Assembly: GCA_965202695.1 (NCBI GenBank)
Contig: OZ241843.1
Span: forward strand, 4,712,662 to 4,776,661
Direction: 5' to 3'
DNA from: Vicinamibacterales bacterium
Lineage (GTDB): Bacteria > Acidobacteriota > Vicinamibacteria > Vicinamibacterales > UBA8438
DNA: 64,000 nucleotides
Shown: positions 12,558-22,000 of the stretch, piece by piece
Numbering within the stretch: the first letter of the stretch is position 1
How the letters are laid out: every line of letters starts with the position of its first letter
Translations under genes and position numbers: made by a program
The notes under the pieces: model-generated
Databases searched by the model: none
Told to the model about the DNA's origin: nothing
What the model saw: the letters and a program-made list of their open reading frames with translations, nothing else

Positions 12558-13850
12558 TCACGCCGTGACGATGGTAGCACGCGACAACAGCAAGTCAATC
12601 GCCTTCTCGCGCCGCAGGCTCTTCGCCAGCCGGTCGACGCCGTCGTCGCGGGCGAGCCGGGCCCGCACCGCGGCCGGGGTCTGGCCCAGCCGTTCCGCGT
12701 ACTGCGCCACTTCGTGATCGACGTCCTCGGGGCGGACGCTCAGGTCCTCGCGCCGCGCCACCTCGTCGAGGGCCATCACGGCCCGCACCGCTTCGAGGGC
12801 CGGGGCGCGCTGCTCCTCCCGCACGGCGTCCCAGTCGACGCGGGCGGTCCGCGGGTCCACCCCCTGCCGGGCCATCGCGGCCGCCGCCTGTTCGAGCCGC
12901 CCCGCGATCTCGCGCTCGACCAGGGCCTCGGGAACCTCCACCGTCAGGCGGGAGGCGAGCTGCCGCAGGAGGTCGCGCCGCACGCTGCGGCGGGTCTCGA
13001 CCTCGGCCTCGCGCCGCACGTCGTCGGCGATGCGGATCTTCAGCATCTCCAGGGTGTCGACGCCGCCCGCGGACTTCGCGAACGCATCGTCGGCTTCCGG
13101 CACGTCGCGCCGGTGGTGCTCCCGCACGGTGACCGCGTGGACGACCCGCCGGCCGGCGAGCTCGGCCGGCAGACAGTCGACCGGATAGGCGATCTCGAAC
13201 GTCTTCTCGTCGCCGACGTTCAGGCCCACGAGCTCGGCGTCCATCCCCGGGGGGTGGCCCTCGGCGCCCAGCTCGATCGTCACCCGCCCCGGCGGTTCCT
13301 CGCCCCCGGCGGGCTCCCCGCCGCCGTCGGCGGGCCGCCGGACGAGGTCGATGGTCGCGAGGTCGCCGGCCGCGAGCGGCCGGCCGGTCACCGGCACGAT
13401 GCGGCTCGCCCGCAGCCGGAGCTCGTCGAGGGCGCGCTCTTCGGCCCCCGCGTCCGGGGTCACCGGGCGGCGCCGCAGGACCAGCGCGTCGTAGTCGAGC
13501 CCGGTGACGGGCGGCATCACCTCGAAGAGGGCGTGAAAGATGAGCGGCTGCCCCTCGTCTATCGAAATCTCCTGCACGTCCGGGGTGTCGACGGTGCTCA
13601 GCCCGCGCTCCAGCAGGGCCGTCTCGACCGCGGCCGGGACGAGGTCGTTCGCGGCGTCGCGCAGGATGTCTTCCTTGAACCGCTGCCGCACGACGCGCAA
13701 CGGCGCCCGGCCCGGGCGGAAGCCGGGTATCCGGACGCTCCCGCGGCGGCGCCGGGCCAGCCGGTCGATGGCCGCGTCCACTTCGCCCGCGGGTATTTCG
13801 ACGTCGAGACGCCGCCGCGTCTCGCTCAACTCGGTGATTCCCGCCTTCAT
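12558..13850 (-). CDS. tig: trigger factor
   Basis: Signature [10 protein letters not shown], and its position upstream of clpP-clpX. Start taken at MKAGITEL (13850). Confidence 0.9.
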   Translation of the reverse strand: MKAGITELSETRRRLDVEIPAGEVDAAIDRLARRRRGSVRIPGFRPGRAPLRVVRQRFKEDILRDAANDLVPAAVETALLERGLSTVDTPDVQEISIDEGQPLIFHALFEVMPPVTGLDYDALVLRRRPVTPDAGAEERALDELRLRASRIVPVTGRPLAAGDLATIDLVRRPADGGGEPAGGEEPPGRVTIELGAEGHPPGMDAELVGLNVGDEKTFEIAYPVDCLPAELAGRRVVHAVTVREHHRRDVPEADDAFAKSAGGVDTLEMLKIRIADDVRREAEVETRRSVRRDLLRQLASRLTVEVPEALVEREIAGRLEQAAAAMARQGVDPRTARVDWDAVREEQRAPALEAVRAVMALDEVARREDLSVRPEDVDHEVAQYAERLGQTPAAVRARLARDDGVDRLAKSLRREKAIDLLLSRATIVTA

Positions 13851-13868
13851 TGCGATCGAATCCGGCCG

Positions 13869-13955
13869 TGGTGCGAAAGGGGGGATTCGAACCCCCACGG
13901 CCTCCCGGCCACCGGATCCTAAGTCCGGCGCGTCTTCCAGTTCCGCCACTTTCGC
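13869..13955 (-). tRNA. tRNA-Leu (anticodon TAG), long variable arm, encoded CCA
   Basis: Reverse complement reads GCGAAAGTGGCGGAACTGG..GGACTTAGGATCC..GGGGGTTCGAATCCCCCCTTTCGCACCA. The acceptor stem GCGAAAG/CTTTCGC pairs, a T-loop GGTTCGAATCC is present, and CT-TAG-GA is the anticodon loop. Confidence 0.9.
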
Positions 13956-14154
13956 AGGGACGCGCCGACGCCTCGACAGCCCGGCCGCGCCGTCCCGCGG
14001 CGGCGGCTCCCCGGCGTCGGACCGATCCCCTTGATCCTGCTCAGGCTACCACACCGGTCCGCGGAAGCCGCCGCCGCGGGCGGCTGTGGTAACGTTGCGT
14101 CCCACGACCGCGCCGCTTCTCTCCCGGACCGCGGCGGCGGGGAGGAATCCACGC

Positions 14155-15501
14155 ATGGATCGGGCGTACCAGCCGGTGGTCGACAGGGAAGCGAGCATCA
14201 CCCGGTTCCGGAACACCCGCGAACGGACGGCGGAGCTCTTCGACCTGCTGACCCCGGACGCCTACTACGAGCAGCCGATACCCCTGCGCCACCCGATCGT
14301 GTTCTACGAGGGGCACATTCCCGCCTTCAGCGTGAACACGCTGATCAAGCGCGGGCTCGGGCGGCCGGGGATCGACGCCGGGCTCGAAACGCTCTTCGCC
14401 CGCGGCATCGATCCCGCGGACCGGGCCGCGGCGGACGGCGCCGCGGTCGCGTCGTGGCCCAGCCGCGAGACGGTCCGGCAGTACGCCGCCGAGGCCGACC
14501 GGCTGATCCTCGACGCGCTGGAGCACGCCGACGTCGAGCGCGAGGGACATCCGGTGCTGCGCCGCGGCCAGGCGGTGTTCACCCTGCTCGAGCACGAGGA
14601 GCTGCACCAGGAGACCCTGGCGTACATGTGGCACGGGTTGCCCCCGGCCCTGAAGCGGCGGCCCGCCGCGGACGGCGCGGTCACCGGGGGCGCGGCGCCC
14701 CCCGCCGGCCGGGTCCCGATTCCGGCCGGCCGGGCGACGCTCGGCGCCGAGCGGGACGGGATTCCGTTCGGATGGGACAACGAGTTCCCGGCCCTGGCGG
14801 TGGACGTGCCCGCGTTCGCCCTCGATCGGCACAACGTGACCAACCAGGCGTTCCTGGAGTTCGTGGAGGCGGGCGGCTACACCGACCACCGGTGGTGGAC
14901 GGAGACGGACCGGGCGTGGCTCCGGTCCGCCGGGGTCCGGCATCCGCCGTTCTGGGTGCGCGGCGAGGACGGGGCCTGGGCATGGCGGGGGATGTTCGGG
15001 ACGGCGCCGCTGCCGCCGGCGTGGCCGGTCTGGGTCACCCACGCCGAGGCGGCCGCGTATGCGCGCTGGAAGGGCGCGCGCCTGCCGACGGAGGCCGAGT
15101 TCCACCGCGCCGCCTACGGCGCCCCGGACGGCGCCGATCGCCCCCAGCCATGGGGCGGCGCCCCGCCCGACGCGACCCGCGGCAACTTCGGCTTCCAGGG
15201 ATGGGATCCGGCGCCGGTGGGCTCGTACCCCGACGGCGCGAGCGCGTGGGGCGTGCACGACCTCGTCGGAAACGGGTGGGAGTGGACGTCCACGGTGTTC
15301 GACGGGTTCCCCGGCTTCGCCCCGATGGCCTCGTACCCGGAGTACTCGGCGGATTTCTTCGACGGGCGGCACTACGTCATCAAGGGGGCGTCCCCGGTCA
15401 CCGCGGCCGGACTCGTCCGGCGCAGCCTGCGCAACTGGTTCCGGCCGCACTACCCGTACCTGTACGCGGGGTTCCGCTGCGCGGAGGACCTGCCGCGGTG
15501 A
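14155..15501 (+). CDS. egtB: EgtB-type sulfoxide synthase (DinB_2 + FGE-sulfatase domains)
   Basis: GGAGGAA RBS before the ATG at 14155. Motifs FYEGHIPAF, GNGWEWT and HYVIKGASP. An adjacent egtD supports the call. Confidence 0.8.
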   Translation: MDRAYQPVVDREASITRFRNTRERTAELFDLLTPDAYYEQPIPLRHPIVFYEGHIPAFSVNTLIKRGLGRPGIDAGLETLFARGIDPADRAAADGAAVASWPSRETVRQYAAEADRLILDALEHADVEREGHPVLRRGQAVFTLLEHEELHQETLAYMWHGLPPALKRRPAADGAVTGGAAPPAGRVPIPAGRATLGAERDGIPFGWDNEFPALAVDVPAFALDRHNVTNQAFLEFVEAGGYTDHRWWTETDRAWLRSAGVRHPPFWVRGEDGAWAWRGMFGTAPLPPAWPVWVTHAEAAAYARWKGARLPTEAEFHRAAYGAPDGADRPQPWGGAPPDATRGNFGFQGWDPAPVGSYPDGASAWGVHDLVGNGWEWTSTVFDGFPGFAPMASYPEYSADFFDGRHYVIKGASPVTAAGLVRRSLRNWFRPHYPYLYAGFRCAEDLPR

Positions 15502-15556
15502 CCACGGCAGGCCGCCCGGGCGGGCCGGCGCCGCGGGCCCGCGGCCTCGACGCGCG

Positions 15557-16540
15557 ATGGACGCCGGCGACGTGACGGCGGTTGCGGTCCGCGGCCGCCT
15601 GGCGGCCGACGTGCGGCGCGGTCTGGGCCGCCCCCGGAAGCAGCTTCAGCCCCGGTATCTCTACGATGCGCTGGGGTCGCGGCTCTTCGAGGCGATCTGC
15701 GCGCTGCCGGAGTATCGCATCACGCGCGGCGAACAGCGGTTGCTCGCAGCGCACGCGGGCGCGATCGGCGCCGGCCTCGCCGCGCCGGTCACCATCGTCG
15801 AGCTCGGCGCGGGCAGCGGCGAGAAGCTGGCGCAGCTCCTCGGTCCGCTGATGCGCGCGGGCGTTCCGGTGCGGGTCGAGCTCGTCGACGTGTCGGCGAC
15901 CGCCCTCGATCTGGCGGGCCGGACGCTGGCCCGGTGGCCCGGCCTCCCGGTGGCGCGGCACCACGCGACCTACGAGGACGGTCTCGACCGGGCGGCCGCG
16001 CGCCGGACCGGCGAAGGCGCCCTGCTGGCCCTGTTCCTGGGCTCGAACGTCGGCAACCTCGACCCGGCCGAGAGCCGGGCGTTCGCCGGCCGGGTGCGGA
16101 CGGCGTTGCGGCCGGGCGACCGTTTCCTGCTCGGCGCCGACCTGGTGAAGCCGGAGGCGGAGCTGGTGCTCGCCTACGACGATCCGCTCGGGGTGACCGC
16201 GGCGTTCAACCTGAACGTGCTCGTGCGCCTGAACCGGGAGCTGGGGGCGAACTTCGACGTCGAGCGGTTCGCGCATCGCGCCGTCTGGAACGCGGCGGAG
16301 TCGCGCATGGAGATGCACCTGGAGAGCCTGCGGGCGCAGACCGTCGACATCCCCGGCGCCGGGTGCTCCGTCCATTTCGCCGAAGGCGAGTCGATCTGGA
16401 CCGAGAGCTCGTACAAGTACGAGACGGCCGGGGTGATTGCGCTCGGGGCCGCGGCCGGGCTGGCCGCGCAGCGGCAATGGGTGGACGAGCGCGCCCGGTT
16501 CGCGCTCACCGCGTTCGAAGTGCCGGGGGCCGCGCCGTAG
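15557..16540 (+). CDS. egtD: L-histidine N-alpha-methyltransferase EgtD
   Basis: LYDALGSRLFEAICALPEYRITRGE, SAM motif VELGAGSGEK, and the C-terminal ESSYKY motif typical of EgtD. Confidence 0.85.
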   Translation: MDAGDVTAVAVRGRLAADVRRGLGRPRKQLQPRYLYDALGSRLFEAICALPEYRITRGEQRLLAAHAGAIGAGLAAPVTIVELGAGSGEKLAQLLGPLMRAGVPVRVELVDVSATALDLAGRTLARWPGLPVARHHATYEDGLDRAAARRTGEGALLALFLGSNVGNLDPAESRAFAGRVRTALRPGDRFLLGADLVKPEAELVLAYDDPLGVTAAFNLNVLVRLNRELGANFDVERFAHRAVWNAAESRMEMHLESLRAQTVDIPGAGCSVHFAEGESIWTESSYKYETAGVIALGAAAGLAAQRQWVDERARFALTAFEVPGAAP

Positions 16541-16564
16541 CCCCCGGGAGACGGGGCGCGGACG

Positions 16565-16637
16565 GGCGGGCGCCGCGGGGGCGGCGGCACGCGCCGGCGG
16601 GCGCCGCGGGGGCGGCGGCACGCGCCGGCGGGCGCCG
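16565..16637. repeat. 31-bp intergenic tandem repeat (2.3 copies)
   Basis: GGCGGGCGCCGCGGGGGCGGCGGCACGCGCC at 16565-16595 and 16596-16626, with a partial third copy. Confidence 0.9.
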
Positions 16638-16648
16638 GAGCAACGTCG

Positions 16649-17776
16649 ATGGGCCGCGAGGAACTGTTGCCGCGTCGGACGATGCGCTTTCTGGTGGTGG
16701 CCGCCAGCACGATCGTCGTGGTGGCGGGGCTGCGCGAGGCGAGCGAGATCCTGCTGCCGTTCCTGAGCGCGCTGTTCATCGCCATCGTCAGCCTGCCGTT
16801 CCTGGCCTGGCTCCAGCGCAACCGGGTGCCGACGTGGCTGGCCGTCATGCTCACCGTCGCCGCCGCCGCCGGCGTCGTCAGCGTGCTCGGGGTGGTGGTC
16901 GGGCAGTCGGTGGGCGAGTTCGCGCAGGTCGTCGCCGACTCCCGGTACAACGAACGGTTCGAGGCGCTGGCCAACCGGCTCGGCGCGTGGGCGGAACAGG
17001 CCAACCTCCCCTTCGCCGACCGGACCCCCCTCGACTTCGTCAACCCGGGGGCGGTGGTGAACCTCCTCGGGGGCACGCTGGGAGCGCTGGCGGGACTGCT
17101 GCAGGATGCGTTCCTCGTCCTGCTCGCGGTCATCTTCATCCTGGTCGAAGCGGCGGGGTTCCGGACCAAGCTGCGTCTGGCGTTCGGCGAGCGCGGGCGC
17201 AGCCTGGAGCGGATGAGCCAGATCACCCTGCAGGTCCAGAAGTACCTGGCCGTCAAGACCGCCGTCAGCCTCGGCACCGGATTCTTCGCCTTCGTCTGGG
17301 TCTGGACCCTCGGCATCGACTTTCCCCTGATGTGGGGGCTGGTCGCGTTCCTCTTCAACTACATCCCGAACATCGGCTCCATCGTCGCCGCCGTCGGCCC
17401 CTCGGTGCTGGCGCTCGTGCAGGTCGACCTGGGCCGGGCGCTGGTCGTCGCAGCCGGCTACGTGGCGCTCAACATCGCCTTCGGCAACGTCCTCGAGCCG
17501 ACGCTGCTGGGCCGGCGCCTGGGGATGTCCGTCCTCGTCGTCTTCCTGTCGCTGGTGTTCTGGGGGTGGGTGTGGGGGCCGATGGGCCTGCTGCTCGCGG
17601 TGCCCATCACCATGAGCCTGAAGATCGCGTTCGAGAACACCGACGACCTGCGGTGGATCGCGGTGCTGCTCGACGCCAACCCGGCCCGGACGCGAGAAGC
17701 GGCCGGCCGGCCGGCCCCCGCCGCGGCGTCCGCGGACGCCGAGCCGTCCGAGGCGCCGCGCGCGCCGGCCCGGTGA
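16649..17776 (+). CDS. AI-2E family (PerM/UPF0118) transporter
   Basis: Multi-TM protein with typical AI-2E blocks (LLPFLSALFIA.., FNYIPNIGS, LLLAVPIT). Confidence 0.85.
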   Translation: MGREELLPRRTMRFLVVAASTIVVVAGLREASEILLPFLSALFIAIVSLPFLAWLQRNRVPTWLAVMLTVAAAAGVVSVLGVVVGQSVGEFAQVVADSRYNERFEALANRLGAWAEQANLPFADRTPLDFVNPGAVVNLLGGTLGALAGLLQDAFLVLLAVIFILVEAAGFRTKLRLAFGERGRSLERMSQITLQVQKYLAVKTAVSLGTGFFAFVWVWTLGIDFPLMWGLVAFLFNYIPNIGSIVAAVGPSVLALVQVDLGRALVVAAGYVALNIAFGNVLEPTLLGRRLGMSVLVVFLSLVFWGWVWGPMGLLLAVPITMSLKIAFENTDDLRWIAVLLDANPARTREAAGRPAPAAASADAEPSEAPRAPAR

Positions 17777-17847
17777 ACACCCGCCGCTGATCGCCACGGC
17801 GCACTGCTACCGCAAACGAACAACGGCCGCGGCCGCGACCGGGCCGT

Positions 17848-18846
17848 TCACTCGAGCCGCTCGTCGAAGAACGCGAGGACGCGCGACCGGTACTGCCGCG
17901 GGGCCGCCGCCGACACCCGGTCGTGGCGCGAGCCGGGGAAGATCCAGAGGTCGTAGACCGCGGGTCCGGCCGCCGCGGCCAGGCGCCGGGCGTGTTCCAC
18001 GGGAATGAGCTGGTCCCCCGCGGCGTGGATGATGAACAGCGAGCGGGGCGGCAGGCCGGCGACCGCGTCGACCGGGTTGAGGACCCGCGTGTCGAGGCCG
18101 AACAGCGCGCGGCCGAAAAAGAGGATGGCGGGGTTGAAGAAGCCGGGCAGCCCGCTCTCGCGCGGCAGCTCGCGCGCCAGCAGGTCGTCGAGGCGGGCGA
18201 AGGCGCTGTCGGCGACGATCGCCCGCACGCCCGGCGCGGCGCCGGCCGCGAGGAGCACGGTGGCCGCCCCCATCGAGTGCGCCCAGAACCCCAGGCGGCC
18301 GGGCGCGAACCCCCGCTCCTTCAGGTACGCCACCGCGCCCCGCACGTCTCCCTGCTCGTCCGCCCCCAGGGTGTAGCGCGTCCCGTCCGAAAGGCCGTGC
18401 GCGCGGAAGTCGAACAGCAGCACGTTGTAGCCGCCCGCCACCAGGTCCGCGGCGTGCGCCACGAGCTGGCCGTCGTTGCCGGTGCGGCTCGAGCTGCGGC
18501 CGTGGACGATGACGACGGCGCGGCCGCTGCCCGCCGCCGGCAGGAACCACCCGCGCAGCGCGACGCCGTCCACCGTGCTGGAGAAGGTGACGTCCTCCCA
18601 GGGCAGGTCGAAGGCGGCCGGCGACGACGCCGGGGCGCGGCGCTCGGGCCGGGTCAGCCGGTCGGCCACCATCACCGACACGCCAAGGTAGCCGGCCGCG
18701 GCGAAGACGGCGCCCGCGCAGAGCGCCGGGAACAGCCGCCGGCGGCGCCGGGCGCCAGCGACCGGCGGCGAAGTCTCCCCGCCGCCGGAAGGAGCCGCGG
18801 ACTCCGGCGCGCGGGGCGCGGCGGTCGTCGTCATGGCCGCATGCAT
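17848..18846 (-). CDS. membrane-anchored alpha/beta hydrolase
   Basis: N-terminal TM segment, nucleophile elbow GFWAHSMGAA (GxSxG), and C-terminal PGSRHD. Confidence 0.8.
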   Translation of the reverse strand: MHAAMTTTAAPRAPESAAPSGGGETSPPVAGARRRRRLFPALCAGAVFAAAGYLGVSVMVADRLTRPERRAPASSPAAFDLPWEDVTFSSTVDGVALRGWFLPAAGSGRAVVIVHGRSSSRTGNDGQLVAHAADLVAGGYNVLLFDFRAHGLSDGTRYTLGADEQGDVRGAVAYLKERGFAPGRLGFWAHSMGAATVLLAAGAAPGVRAIVADSAFARLDDLLARELPRESGLPGFFNPAILFFGRALFGLDTRVLNPVDAVAGLPPRSLFIIHAAGDQLIPVEHARRLAAAAGPAVYDLWIFPGSRHDRVSAAAPRQYRSRVLAFFDERLE

Positions 18847-19136
18847 CGAGCCGGAGGCCGGCGTTGGATCGACGGACGACCCGCCGCCGGGGCCGCGCGT
18901 GTCGACGACTTGGCGAGGTGGAGCCTACCATAGCTTGAACAGGATCGACACGACGGCTCTCCCGTTCTACACTGGCAGGCATGGCGATGGGCACGGCGCG
19001 CGTGACGCGTATCCGCGATCCGTCCACCCGATTGCTGCTCGGAGTCAGGCGTTCGCGGCGTGTTCGAACTCGGCGGCTTCGGTCCGGGTAGCAACGGAAT
19101 GGCCGCCGTGCGGCAGCGGATTCACGGAAGGCGGCG

Positions 19137-21299
19137 ATGAGCGTCTCCATCATTCGTGGCACCAACGACAAGCCCCCGACAAGCGGCGAACTGGCATCGG
19201 CGATGGCCGGTTGCAGTGACTTCTCGGGCCAACTGTTCATCGGCTACCCGATCGTGAGCACGCCGGAGGGGCGCCATCGCATTGACGCGCTGCTGGTGTC
19301 GCCGGATCTCGGACTCGTCGTTTTCGATCTCGTCGAAGGAACGGAACCCGGCGACTACCAGGCGCGGCAAGATGACTCCGCGAACAAGCTCGAAGCGCGG
19401 CTCAAGACGCACCGCGCACTGATGCGCCGGCGCGATCTGCGTGTCCCGATTCATACGCTGTCGTTCGCTCCGGCCGTCCGCGAGCCCGACGTCGGGGCCG
19501 ATCCCGACTACCCGCTCGCCGGCCGCGCCACGCTTCCGCATGCGCTCCGGCGCTTCACCTGGGACGAACCGGACCAGAGCGTGTACGAAGCCGCGCTGTC
19601 CGCGATCGAGAACATTTCGTCCATCCGCAAGAGCCGCAAGCAACGCTCGGCGACCAGGCCGGACTCGCGAGGCGCCAGGCTCGAGAAGCTGGAGAGTTCA
19701 ATCGCCACCCTCGACGCGACGCAGGGCAGGGCGGTCATCGAAACCGTGGACGGCGTGCAGCGCATTCGAGGCCTCGCGGGATCCGGAAAGACCATCGTCC
19801 TCGCGCTGAAGGCCGCCTACCTGCACGCCCAGCATCCCGAGTGGCGCATCGCGGTCACGTTCAACACCCGCTCGCTCAAGGGGCATTTCCGCCGCCTGAT
19901 CAACAACTTCTCGCTTGAACAGACTGGTGACGAACCGGACTGGCGCAATCTGCGCATCGTCAACGCCTGGGGCGCGCCGGGTTCCGACGAACGGGACGGA
20001 CTGTATTACGAGTTCTGCCGCACGCACGGCTTCGAGTACTTCGACTTCGGATCCGCGAAGCAGAGATTCAGGAGGCAGGAATTCCGCGCGGTATGCGCTC
20101 GGGCGCTTGAACAGTTGCAACAGGCGGGTACGCCACGGCCGCTCTACGACGCAATACTCGCGGACGAGGCGCAGGATCTTCCCGACTCGTTCCTCCGGAT
20201 CTGCTACGAGTTGCTGCGCGAGCCACGCCGGCTGGTGTACGCCTGCGACGAACTGCAGAACCTCGTGGGAGAGCCGGTGTCGTCACCGGAGACGGCGTTC
20301 GGCACGCGCGCCGACGGTGCGCCCAGGGTCCGGTTCGACGGTTCCGACGGCAACGACGCGCGCGACCTCGTTCTGGAGAAATGCTACCGGAACTCGCGGC
20401 CGGTGCTCGTCACCGCGCACGCGCTCGGTTTCGGGATATACCGGGAACCGGAAAAACAAGACGACACCGGCCTCGTGCAGATGTTCGATTCCGCGCATCT
20501 CTGGCGCGAAATCGGATACGGTGTCCGAGACGGAGAACTGCGGGATGGATCCCCGGTGACGCTCCACAGAACGCCGGGCACGAGCCCGGAGTTTCTCGAA
20601 GACCACTCGCCACCCGACGATCTGGTGCAGTTCATCCGGTTTCGGAACAAGAACGAGCAGAGCGAATGGGTGGCGAACGCGATCAAGGAGAACCTGGAGC
20701 AGGACGAACTGCGGCATGGCGACGTCGTCGTCATCAACCCGGAACCGCTGACGACCCGCACCGAGACCGGCCCGATTCGCAGCCGTCTCCTGGATCTACA
20801 CGTCAACTCCCACATCGCCGGCGTCGATACGAGCGCGGACGTGTTCTTCAAGGAAAACGCCGAGTCCGTGACCTTCACCGGGATACACCGGGCGAAGGGC
20901 AACGAGGCGGGCATGGTCTACGTCATCAACGCGCAGGACTGCCACGGCCGAGGACGAAACCTCGCCCGTATCCGCAATCGGCTGTTCGTGGCGATCACGC
21001 GGAGCAAGGCATGGGTCCGCGTGTTGGGCGTCGGCGCCCGCATGCAGGCGATCAAGACCGAGTACGACCGGCTCGTGGAGAACGACTTCGAGTTACGGTT
21101 CACGTACCCGTCACAGGAGGATCGCAAACGCCTGCGCGTCGTGCATCGAGACATGACGGACGCGGAGCGTCGGCGGCGGCGGAAGAGTGGCGGAAAGGAA
21201 CTGGGCAACCTGGTCAGGGGGCTCGAATCCGGCAGCCTTCACGTCGAGGACATGGATGAAGAACAGCTGGCCAGGTTGAAGAATCTCCTCGGCGCGTAG
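19137..21299 (+). CDS. NERD-like domain + SF1 (UvrD/DUF2075-type) helicase, defence candidate
   Basis: N-terminus HRIDALLVSPDLGLVVFDLVEG (NERD-like but lacking the Lys). Walker A GLAGSGKT, Walker B ILADEAQDL, C-terminal helicase motifs GIHRAKGNEAG and LFVAITRSKAWV. Confidence 0.85.
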   Translation: MSVSIIRGTNDKPPTSGELASAMAGCSDFSGQLFIGYPIVSTPEGRHRIDALLVSPDLGLVVFDLVEGTEPGDYQARQDDSANKLEARLKTHRALMRRRDLRVPIHTLSFAPAVREPDVGADPDYPLAGRATLPHALRRFTWDEPDQSVYEAALSAIENISSIRKSRKQRSATRPDSRGARLEKLESSIATLDATQGRAVIETVDGVQRIRGLAGSGKTIVLALKAAYLHAQHPEWRIAVTFNTRSLKGHFRRLINNFSLEQTGDEPDWRNLRIVNAWGAPGSDERDGLYYEFCRTHGFEYFDFGSAKQRFRRQEFRAVCARALEQLQQAGTPRPLYDAILADEAQDLPDSFLRICYELLREPRRLVYACDELQNLVGEPVSSPETAFGTRADGAPRVRFDGSDGNDARDLVLEKCYRNSRPVLVTAHALGFGIYREPEKQDDTGLVQMFDSAHLWREIGYGVRDGELRDGSPVTLHRTPGTSPEFLEDHSPPDDLVQFIRFRNKNEQSEWVANAIKENLEQDELRHGDVVVINPEPLTTRTETGPIRSRLLDLHVNSHIAGVDTSADVFFKENAESVTFTGIHRAKGNEAGMVYVINAQDCHGRGRNLARIRNRLFVAITRSKAWVRVLGVGARMQAIKTEYDRLVENDFELRFTYPSQEDRKRLRVVHRDMTDAERRRRRKSGGKELGNLVRGLESGSLHVEDMDEEQLARLKNLLGA

Positions 21300-21313
21300 T
21301 TGACGGTGACGCC

Positions 21314-22000
21314 ATGCCGACCGCGAACAGAATCATGGTTGAAATCAACGACCGCATCCGCCGTCTCGTGGAAGTCGGCCTCGCCGACCGATTCCAGTAT
21401 GGATTTCTCCGACGAGTTGGAAGGCGGGCCGAGATCACGTTCCCGAACGCGGCGCATATCTCCTGGTCGCTGAAGGCCGTCGAGTACGCGGACGTCTACG
21501 GGAGACTCGTGTACGAAGGCACCTACAACGTGAAGATGCTCGACGGCGCATTGATCCAGATGACGTACGACTTTTCCGGCGACGTGCTCCAGCGCCACAG
21601 ACTGGCTTTTTTTCCCGCCCCGCACCTGCACGAGTTCCAGAACAGTCCGGACGTGTACCTCGACGACGAGCTCCACGGCGACGTGATCGCCGGAAACGTC
21701 GTGCCGTTCCCGTTGCGCTGCGATTACGATGCGCGCGCTGGCCGCCATGTGGACGTGGCGCATCCGAAGTCCCACTTGACGCTCGGCCAGTACGAACACT
21801 GCCGCATTCCGGTCTCGGCCCCGGTCACCCCGCACTGGTTCATCGATTTCCTGCTCAGGAACTTCTATCGCACACCGTCCCGGTGTTACGCGGACGAGAT
21901 GCCGCCCGGCGGCGCCACGCTCGGCGACTCGGTGTCGCCGGCGGAACGGCGGGTCATCCACGTAGTGATTCCGAGACGGAGACCTGACGCGGTTTCGTGA
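21314..22000 (+). CDS. 228-aa helicase-associated protein (possibly DUF2290-like)
   Basis: Starts 14 nt after the helicase stop on the same strand, with normal composition. I recognise no motif. The DUF2290 suggestion rests only on the helicase+DUF2290 gene-pair architecture. Confidence 0.6.
   Translation: MPTANRIMVEINDRIRRLVEVGLADRFQYGFLRRVGRRAEITFPNAAHISWSLKAVEYADVYGRLVYEGTYNVKMLDGALIQMTYDFSGDVLQRHRLAFFPAPHLHEFQNSPDVYLDDELHGDVIAGNVVPFPLRCDYDARAGRHVDVAHPKSHLTLGQYEHCRIPVSAPVTPHWFIDFLLRNFYRTPSRCYADEMPPGGATLGDSVSPAERRVIHVVIPRRRPDAVS

Noticed and set aside
13869-13955. tRNA-Leu as the integration site of the defence island
   Set aside because: It heads the conserved tig-clpP-clpX-lon cluster. 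It is separated from the island by egtB, egtD, a transporter and a hydrolase. There is no integrase and no tRNA 3'-end repeat at the island edges.
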